This document shows positions 23,375-34,000 of a DNA stretch of 38,343 nt, piece by piece. The DNA comes from Proteromonas lacertae (Eukaryota): NCBI GenBank assembly GCA_002245135.1, contig NGBS01000591.1, positions 186,001-224,343 of the forward strand. Reading direction: 5' to 3'. A model generated the notes under the pieces. That model was not told the DNA's origin. It saw only the letters and a list, made by a program, of their open reading frames with translations, and ran no database searches. The position numbers were made by a program, and so were the translations under genes. Numbering within the stretch: the first letter of the stretch is position 1; each line of letters starts with the position of its first letter.

Positions 23375-26300
23375 ATGCCTAGATTGAAGAGAAGTATTAT
23401 CTCTAAATCATCTGTGTTACATCCATCTCTTCTAGAAAAGACTGAGAAAGAAAATATAATCCGTCATTCAATTTCAAAAACTAATTCCTCTACCAAAATA
23501 CCTTCAAATAATTTAATTGATTCTTCCATTAATGTTTCAACCCCCATAAAACGCAAAAATAAAGATGACGAAGAAGATTCATATGAAAGTCCAGTTATAC
23601 CAATTATCTTATCACAAAATCAACATAAAAAGAAAAGAGTGAATGAACCATTATTAATTATATCAAGCAAAGAAAATAATAAAATGAGCAATAAAGTACT
23701 TAGTTCAATATTCAGTACAGGAAGTGGTAAATCAATCGAGATAGATGCTAGTGCTTATAAGAAAGCTGAATCCTTATTGAATGAAAAAGCTGAAGAAGAA
23801 GAAGAAATGAACAAAGATAAAGAAGATAATAAAGAAGATATAAAAAGTAAAGGAATCAGTTACACTCCTCCAGTTGTGAAGAATAATAAAATGAACAATA
23901 AAGTACTTAGTTCAATATTCAGTACAGGAAGTGGTAAATCAATCGAGATAGATGCTAGTGCTTATAAGAAAGCTGAATCCTTATTGAATGAAAAAGCTGA
24001 AGAAGAAGAAGAAATGAACAAAGATAAAGAAGATAATAAAGAAGATATAAAAAGTAAAGGAATCAGTTACACTCCTCCAGTTGTGAAGAATAATAAAATG
24101 AACAATAAAGTACTTAGTTCAATATTCAGTACAGGAAGTGGTAAATCAATCGAGATAGATGCTAGTGCTTATAAGAAAGCTGAATCCTTATTGAATGAAA
24201 AAGCTGAAGAAGAAGAAGAAATGAACAAAGATAAAGAAGATAATAAAGAAGATATAAAAAGTAAAGGAATCAGTTACACTCCTCCAGTTGTGAAGAATAA
24301 TAAAATGAACAATAAAGTACTTAGTTCAATATTTAGTACAGGAAGTGGTAAATCAATCGAGATAGATGCTAGTGCTTATAAGAAAGCTGAATCCTTATTG
24401 AATGAAAAAGCTGAAGAAGAAGAAGAAATGAACAAAGATAAAGAAGATAATAAAGAAGATATAAAAAGTAAAGGAATCAGTTACACTCCTCCAGTTGTGA
24501 AGAATAATAAAATGAACAATAAAGTACTTAGTTCAATATTCAGTACAGGAAGTGGTAAATCAATCGAGATAGATGCTAGTGCTTATAAGAAAGCTGAATC
24601 CTTATTGAATGAAAAAGCTGAAGAAGAAGAAGAAATGAACAAAGATAAAGAAGATAATAAAGAAGATATAAAAAGTAAAGGAATCAGTTACACTCCTCCA
24701 GTTGTGAAGAATAATAAAATGAACAATAAAGTACTTAGTTCAATATTCAGTACAGGAAGTGGTAAATCAATCGAGATAGATGCTAGTGCTTATAAGAAAG
24801 CTGAATCCTTATTGAATGAAAAAGCTGAAGAAGAAGAAGAAATGAACAAAGATAAAGAAGATAATAAAGAAGATATAAAAAGTAAAGGAATCAGTTACAC
24901 TCCTCCAGTTGTGAAGAATAATAAAATGAACAATAAAGTACTTAGTTCAATATTTAGTACAGGAAGTGGTAAATCAATCGAGATAGATGCTAGTGCTTAT
25001 AAGAAAGCTGAATCCTTATTGAATGAAAAAGCTGAAGAAGAAGAAGAAATGAACAAAGATAAAGAAGATAATAAAGAAGATATAAAAAGTAAAGGAATCA
25101 GTTACACTCCTCCAGTTGTGAAGAATAATAAAATGAACAATAAAGTACTTAGTTCAATATTCAGTACAGGAAGTGGTAAATCAATCGAGATAGATGCTAG
25201 TGCTTATAAGAAAGCTGAATCCTTATTGAATGAAAAAGCTGAAGAAGAAGAAGAAATGAACAAAGATAAAGAAGATAATAAAGAAGATATAAAAAGTAAA
25301 GGAATCAGTTACACTCCTCCAGTTGTGAAGAATAATAAAATGAACAATAAAGTACTTAGTTCAATATTCAGTACAGGAAGTGGTAAATCAATCGAGATAG
25401 ATGCTAGTGCTTATAAGAAAGCTGAATCCTTATTGAATGAAAAAGCTGAAGAAGAAGAAGAAATGAACAAAGATAAAGAAGATAATAAAGAAGATATAAA
25501 AAGTAAAGGAATCAGTTACACTCCTCCAGTTGTGAAGAATAATAAAATGAACAATAAAGTACTTAGTTCAATATTCAGTACAGGAAGTGGTAAATCAATC
25601 GAGATAGATGCTAGTGCTTATAAGAAAGCTGAATCCTTATTGAATGAAAAAGCTGAAGAAGAAGAAGAAATGAACAAAGATAAAGAAGATAATAAAGAAG
25701 ATATAAAAAGTAAAGGAATCAGTTACACTCCTCCAGTTGTGAAGAATAATAAAATGAACAATAAAGTACTTAGTTCAATATTCAGTACAGGAAGTGGTAA
25801 ATCAATCGAGATAGATGCTAGTGCTTATAAGAAAGCTGAATCCTTATTGAATGAAAAAGCTGAAGAAGAAGAAGAAATGAACAAAGATAAAGAAGATAAT
25901 AAAGAAGATATAAAAAGTAAAGGAATCAGTTACACTCCTCCAGTTGTGAAGAATAATAAAATGAACAATAAAGTACTTAGTTCAATATTTAGTACAGGAA
26001 GTGGTAAATCAATCGAGATAGATGCTAGTGCTTATAAGAAAGTTGAATCCTTATTGAATGAAAAAGCTGAAGAAGAAGAAAAGCTTAGTAAAATTAGTAA
26101 TGTAGTAAAAGAAGAAAGTCCTACTAATGTTCAACCTGTTTTCGATGATATACCTTTTACTCAAGGATCAGTATCTTCAGAAAACATGGAGAATGACGAA
26201 AATAGTGAAACATATACTTCAAGAATAAAGATATCATCTCCATTAAAGCATTTCATTTCTAATCTTGACGAATCTGATTTACCTGACACTCCTCCAACTA

Positions 26301-29300
26301 TATTTAAATCAAATATAGAAAATAGTAATAATCATATAGATAATGGTAATGATGATGATGAATTATCTCAACCAATATTACCATTAGAAGATGAAACTAG
26401 CCAATCATTATATCTTGAAATTCCTGTGAAAAGAACAAATACATCAGATTTAGAATCAATAATAAGAGATGATGATAACATTAAGAGACAAAAGATTGAT
26501 AATAATTGTTATAATAATGATAGTGAAGATATATTATCAGATTATACTACTCCTGATGTTCCATTTCTATCTCCATTACAAGTTGATTCTACAAATAGAG
26601 CAGACAATGCTCTATCAGATAATTCTACCACAGATATATCACATAATACTTCACATTGTGATTGTAATAAAGAGAATATCAATGATAATGTGTTTATTAC
26701 TCCTTCTGTTGATAAAATCAAAAGAAAATTCAGCGAAATAAGTAATATTAATATTTCACCAATACCATTTACATCTCCACTTACTGTTGCTACAGTTACA
26801 ATTCAAAATCAACTACAACCACCACCACAACAACAAATAAAGACAATATCATCTCTTCCAAGTTTATCAACTACTATTAACAATAACAATGACCAACATA
26901 TTACTCCAATTAAATCAAACCAAAAAGAGAATGAAATGATTATTCTTACACCAGAATTACAACAGAAACAACAAAATCAACAGCAAGTTTTAAATACTAC
27001 ACTATTATCACATGCAAGGTCAAATGTAATTGAATCATCTCCATTTGCTAATAAGAATGATACGAATTTGTTGCATTTAACACCCATAAAACCTTTCAAT
27101 AATAATAATGTAAGATATACACTTAGAAATGGTAATAGTAATAATCTCTTTACTCCAGTAAAAAAGTATAGAGCATTAGATAGAATAGATCAATTATCAC
27201 AATCTTCACAGTCATCACAACCTACAATTATACATCAAACATCACCACCTCAACAGTTAACAACAAACATCTCAAATATAGATCCAATTAAACAACAACA
27301 ACAACAACAACAACAATTATCTATTCCTATACTAACTCCATCTAAATCAGTTATAACTCCAATAAAGAATAATAAAACACTTATAACATCTCCAATAACA
27401 ATGATTAAGCCATACAATCCTTATAATTATCATATTAAGAAATGGAATGTTCCTGAATCATTGTCAACAGAGAAAGAATTAGCATCAATCTACAGTAACA
27501 ATGGCTTATCACAATTAGTAATATATATGAATTCAACCAAAGCAAAATATTTAGTATTTGATATAGACACTGGATTACCATCATCAATATCTAATGAACT
27601 AAATCATCCAACAATAGACTACATATATAAACATCTACAGCAAACAGTTCAATCACCTAATCTATTAACATTACCATGGTTAAAGAATCATTATCGATGG
27701 GTGGTATGGAAATTAGCTTCATTAGAAAGATGGAGTGGAATAGCTAATAAGTATTTAACATTAGATAAAGTGATTAATCAATTAACAAAGAGATTTAATA
27801 AAGAAATAATCGAAGGAAAACAACCTCCAATGAAAAGGATATTACATAAAGATATAAACTGCTCATTATATATAATACTCTGCATTTCATCTATAATATC
27901 AAAGAATTCAATAAGTCAATGTTCAGTCGAATTAACAGATGGTTGGTATGGAATAGAATGTCAATTAGATAATCAATTAAGTAATATGTTAAAGAAAGGA
28001 TTGCTCTATGTTGGTCAAAAATTATGTATTAGTGATGCACAACTAGAAGGAGTTAATCAAGGAATAGAACCATTAGATTGTAAGATAAACAATAGTGAAG
28101 ATGGTACAAATGAGCCAAAGTTGATTATATCAAAGAATTCAACTTGTATTGCTCCTTATAATAGAAAATTAGGATATCAGAGATCAAGATTATTAATAAG
28201 AGGAATTAATGAATTAAGTAATGATGGAGGTAGAGTTTCATGCATTGAAGTTTGTATATTAAGAAAGTTCCCACAGAAGTATATGCAGAAAGTGAAAGAA
28301 GGTTATAGATGCATTGATGAAACTGAATTTAATCATTTATTGAATGAATACACAAAGAAAAAAGAAGAATTTATTGAGAAAAGAAGACAGTTTTATCATT
28401 TAGGTGATTATGGTGATAGTCCTTCTTCTCAAATTAGTGAAAAAGAAATGAAATATTTAATGGCTCAATTTCAAAAGAAACAAGAAAGGATTATAGCAAA
28501 AATAGAAAAAGAAGTGGATGAATTTGATAATGAGAGTATTTCACTATTATTATTACTATTATTTTAGATTCAATTAATTGTACTCCATTTTTAGAATTTG
28601 CTGTTCATGATACAGTAATAAAGAATCATCCAATAACTCATGTTTGTATATGGAATAATTCATCAGATATGAATCAAACAATTAAAGAAGGATCACATTG
28701 GAGAATAAGTTCATTATTAGCTGGTAAAGGCAAAGGTGGATTGATTAGATTAAGTACTTCCAGAAATACGAAATGGGATGAAATTAAGAATATTGATAAT
28801 AATCATGTATATTAGTTTCTATTATTATAATAATATATATAGGAATGCTTTTATAAACCACCATCCTATTCAAATATCTCAACTTTTACTACCGACACTC
28901 CATTGAACATATTTATTAATACATCAGGTTTAATAGTGTATATAAATCATCCTGTGAATAGTAATACTGCTCAAATATTCTGTTTATCTCCAGAATTATC
29001 AATATTTGTAGTATATATGTTTGTATCAACATTAACAGCAGAATTGGAGATAAACACTCCAATATCATTCTGTGATATAAAATATGAAGGAATTGACAAA
29101 ACATTTCAATTTTATATGTTCGAATATAGTAATATATCAAGTTATTATACTACTAATACAAAATGTCCAAATATACTGTTGCAATCTTATAATATATTAT
29201 CAGATTCATCATTTGTTAGTAATCTACCTTGTACTTTCAATTATATAAACGAAATATTACAGAAATCGTTAAATACAAATGATTATCAGAAACTAATTGA

Positions 29301-30115
29301 TTTTAGTCAATATTTAAAACATTATTCTGTTGTTTTACCAAAGATTACAGATATTAATAATAATAACAGTATTTCAAGATGTAATTCAATGAAAAGAGGA
29401 TTTTCAAATATAGTAGAATTTGAAGGGCCAAATACATTATACTATATCTCAGTATACAAAGACAATAAGATCAACAATTCAAATAAATAAAAAATTAGAA
29501 AATACACCTGTTACTCCATCACAATCAGATATTGTTCCTCCTGCAAAAGTACCATATAAAGTAAATACAACTGAATTGATTCATTGTTATAATCAAAGAG
29601 ATTATAATGAATTGGATAATGTTTTTATTCTATGTTATATAGATGATGGATTAGATGCATATAGCTTTGAGTGTAGCTTGAGACAGTTTGATAGTATTTT
29701 GAATATGATTGAATTGAACATTATATCTTTTTTAAAAATATTATTATTATATTTATTATTTCTTAATATAGTATAAACTGAGTGGGAACCGTTTTATGAA
29801 CAACTGATATTAATTAATTCACCTTTATTCTCATATATATCTAAAATTCCAACATCTCATTCAATAATTCATTTATTGATACATTTAGATTCAACTAATT
29901 CAGAGACTATCATTTGCCCTTGTAGTCAATACTTCAAATTTGCAGAAATAGTAATAACTACATTTAATAATTATTTAAAAACAATTTTTCAGAGTCTTTT
30001 CCTCAAAGTAAAACTTTATTTGAAGGATGACAAGTATTATCTTAATCAATTCGAGAAATCTCATTGTATATCTAAATCCAACAATGCATCATTTCTATTT
30101 GATAATATTGATTAA
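23375..30115 (+). CDS. BRCA2: BRCA2 homologue: 12 BRC repeats, helical domain, OB1, OB2/tower, OB3 and a C-terminal extension
   Basis: WLKNHYRWVVWKLASLER, VELTDGWYGI, NSTCIAPYNRKLG, DGGRVSCIEVCILRKFP and LSTSRNTKW. Two GT-AG introns, a +1 shift near 29425 and an AT-AA intron at 29723-29776. The 3' end beyond 29490 is less certain. Confidence 0.9.
23678..26080 (+). repeat. Tandem array of 12 x 207 nt (69 aa) units, each with one BRC repeat
   Basis: FSTGSGKSIEIDASAYKKAESLL recurs every 207 nt from about 23711 to about 25988. The units are almost identical in DNA. Confidence 0.95.
29723..29776 (+). other. U12-type AT-AA intron (54 nt, phase 0) in the BRCA2 3' region
   Basis: ATATCTTT...TTTCTTAAT-ATAGTATAA. 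Removal joins MIELNI to TEWEPFYEQL and on into ORF 29876-30115. The nearby AG and AC ends give early stops. Confidence 0.75.
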
Positions 30116-30372
30116 TAATTATTTATTCTTATACGTTTATGTTTTTGTTACATTCACTATCTAAATTTTAACAATTTGTGAAAATATATTTCGAATAAAA
30201 CTGATTTATGTTTTAAACAAGAAAATATTATGTATCTGCTATGATATATATTCTATTATTCTTATTTTCATAACCATTCGTAAAGTGTGAAATGTAATAA
30301 GTGAATGTAATTTACATTATTATTGTAATATAGACATTCTCTTTATTTTTTTTCGTAACCGAAATTTGATTA

Positions 30373-30692
30373 ATGCAATCTTTTGTGTATTTGAGGTGTG
30401 GTAATCAACAGCCGTATTTATTTAATGTTGATTTATGTTCTGCGTGTAGTAATTTCTTTCAAGATGTTGCTGTGTATCAATATCGTCTATAGAATCTTAG
30501 AGACATTTAAATATTCATCCCCAACAATTAGTAATGATAAGTTTAACTCATGGACCTATTCCGAATAATAATGATCCTATCTTACTATATGTTTCAAATA
30601 ATGACCAAATATTTGTATCTCAGTCTATACAAATTCAAATGCCATATCAATTATCAAGTCAACTACCAACAGAACAACTTTCAACAAAATAA
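30373..30692 (+). CDS. UBL-like small domain, paralogue of the gene at 1-321; possibly the true 5' end of the AAA gene
   Basis: MQSFVYLRCGNQQPYLFNVDLCSACSNFFQDVA, intron 30472-30500, then RHLNIHPQQLVMISLTHGPIPNNNDPILLYVSNNDQIFVSQSIQIQMP. Confidence 0.65.
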
Positions 30693-31045
30693 TCACACTC
30701 AATCTCTACCATTATATAATGTCCAAAATCAATTACTTAATACTTCATCAATCTCCATTTTAAGACAGCCACAAAATAACAAATTCATGAGAATAGCTCA
30801 GAAATTCTATAAACCATTTTTTCTCTCAGGTTTTATCTGAAGAATATAATAACATTGTAAATGATTTATTTCACTCTACAAATTAACTTCCTGAAAATAA
30901 TAATGGCAGTATAGAAACTGAAAATAAAAATAAGAAAGGAACAAAAAGAAGAGCTATAAATCCAGATTCAGATTCAGATAGTTCATATCAATCAGATGAA
31001 AATAGTGAAAGTGATAACAATGAAGAGAATGAAGAAGAAAACGAG

Positions 31046-34000
31046 ATGAATAATATTCCTGAAGAAACTTCAAATGTGAAAGCTGATTATACAATAAATA
31101 ACATAATTCATTATCATCCATTTGTGAAATGTTCTATTTTGATTCAATATAATGATACTAAAGAAATTGATTGTATTTCATTAGATAATTTATACATTAG
31201 GACTAAAGGAATAGTATATTCATCTTTACCATCAACATTAATTTGTGGATTAGATTATGTAGTAAATGGTTCTAAAATTGGTTTTCAATATAGACAAGAA
31301 AATAAAAAGAAAAATTTCACATTGCCATTACTAAAGACAAAGAAAGGTAATAACATTATTCCTGAAAAGATATATTTCCATCAAATATGTGAATGTAAAG
31401 AAAAATCCTATCGTTTTCCATCATTAAGAAATAAATCTGTTACTTGTCATAGTGATATAATGATTATTCATTCTCCAAATGAATCATTGGAAGTAATTGA
31501 TGAAGATACAGGAAAGAAAATAATCTGTAAACCATATAGAGATGTAACAGCTATAAATAAAAGATCTCAAGCTGTTTTAACTGAAAATGCATTAAAAAGA
31601 ATGAAAATAATAGAAGATGGAATAGAAAAGAATACTCCATTATTAGTTGAAGGTAAAACTTCAAGTGCCAAAACATTCACAGTTGAACAAGTGTGTATGA
31701 ATGGTCAAATTCCATTAATTCGATATAATTTCAGTCCATCATCAGTAATTGATGAATTGATAGGAAATGTGATAATAAAAACAATAGATGGTAAATCAAC
31801 TCCAATATTCCAATTAGGTCCATTTTCTGAAGCTTTTATTGAAGGAAAAGTGATATTATTGGATGAATTGTCATTAGCCAATGCTGAAGTAGTTCAAGCA
31901 ATAATGAATGTTTTAGATTCTCATGAATTATATGTTGATTCAATAGGAAGTGGTTATACAAAATATGATATGAATCCTAGTTTCAGAATAATAGCAACAC
32001 AAAATCCAGCTGGTTCAATATATAAAAGAACCAAAATTGATGAAACAATGATGTCTAGATTCAGATATATTGATTCAAGATTCTTCCCAGAAATAACAAG
32101 AGAAGAATTAAACAAGATATTAGAATCAATTGGAAAAATCTCAAAAAGTAATGTGAATGATATTTTAAATTCTCATCAAAATGCATTAGCCAATCATCCA
32201 GATAGAGTTTATACATTGAGAGATTGTATTAGAGCAAATACTCTAATAACATCAGCTAAATGTTCTTCAAAAATAGCTACAGAGATTGTTTATGGCGATA
32301 TATTACTAACAAATAAACTGAATTTATCTAAACCACTTGAAATTAGTAAATCTACTTTATTTCCATTGAATGAAACTATTTGGAATAATCTTTGTCAATA
32401 CATAAAAGCAATATTTAAATCAGGTTGTCATATTTTATTATGTAGTGAGAATGAATATACAGCTAGAAAGTATGTATTATCATATCTCCAATCTATTCAT
32501 GATAATGAAAAACTCAATATTATAAGATGTACAAGTGGAACAACAACTGAGAATTTGGTTGGAATGTTTCAATTAGAAGGAAATAATAATAATGAAGAAA
32601 ATGGAAATGATATTAAAATAGCCCCAAAATGGCATGATTCTCCTTTAGTAAAAAGTATAATCAATGGAGAAACTTGTTTTCTTCAATCCTTAGATAATAT
32701 GAAATCTAATTCAATCGAAAGATTGAATTCTTTATTAGAAATAATACCAAATGATGGATGTAAACAGAAAGTGAGATTTGATGAAAGAATTGAAGAACCA
32801 GAAATTGATATTCATCCAAATTTTAGAATAATTGCAAGTGTTTCAAAAAATGGTTTAATGAAATTTTCTCCTGCTTTGATTAACAGATTTATATTAGTTA
32901 CTTTACCAGATGAAAAAATAGAAAATGCATTTGAAGAAAGTGATGAGAATAAAAAAGAGATGATAAATACTTTCTGTGAATCATTCTTCAAAGAAGAAAC
33001 AAAGAAACATATAAATGAATTAACAAAATATTATGAAAAACATTCAAAATATTTAGAATGTTATGAAGGATTATTTGAAGGAATTGAAGAAAGAAGAGAG
33101 TTATTAAGTGAATTATTAATATCATTAATCACACACAGATCAATAGCTTTATTTGGACATAAAGAAAGTGGTAAAAGTTATTTAATAGAACAACTATTGA
33201 ATGGAAGTTATAATCCAATAAAATCTCTAGCATTATATATCTCTCCAGAAACTGAAATTGATCAATTGTTAGGATTTTTCACCAAGGATAGAGAATTTCA
33301 TCGAGGTGTAGTTATATCAGCAATGGAAGAAGGTGTAGTATTGATGATTGAACATTCTCATTTATTATCAAGTGATATATTACAATTGTTTGAAACATTT
33401 ATTGATCCAACCACTAATGAATTTGAATATATGAATAAAATCTTCAAAATACATCCATCATTCAGAGTAATATTCAATTTCACAACATCTGGTGATAGAA
33501 AACCAACTCAATCAATACCTTGTTATTGTCCAAGTTTTGAAATAAAAGAATATACAAATGAAGAAAAGAGTAAGATATTTGACTTACCAAAAGAAATATT
33601 TGAAAATGATTTATTCTCAATGACTCAACTTCATTATTTAATTCCATTAAAATCAATATATAAAGATATGTTACCTTATTTACTTGGTTTATATTGTGAT
33701 GAAAGTAAAATATCATTATTAGATGAGATATTCAAAGATATAATCAAAAATACAACAATCGAGACATTTTTGAAAAGTAAAATTAATTTCGTAAAAGAAA
33801 AGAATCATTATACTCTATCAAAGTATAACATATCAACAACATGTGAATTAAATAAAATATCTGATAATGTTGATAATTGGTATTTGGAAAGTCTATTTCG
33901 ATTATCGTTATTATCATCAAGTGATTGTCAAGCACCAGTTTTATATATCACATGTGAATCATTCCAAATGTCTTTAATGAATGATTTATATGAAGATAAT

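Noticed and set aside
23678..26080. CRISPR array or satellite
   Set aside because: There are no variable spacers. The units are in-frame 69-codon BRC repeats within BRCA2.
29444..29498. Fifth U12 intron (ATATCTCA) or a GT-AG intron explaining the BRCA2 frame change
   Set aside because: No branch motif, and the AG solutions give stops. A single extra G in GGG near 29425 restores the frame.
510..30115. Blastocystis-type stop codons created by polyadenylation
   Set aside because: Every complete gene I reconstructed has a genome-encoded stop, and I saw no clear TGTTTGTT just after a truncated codon.
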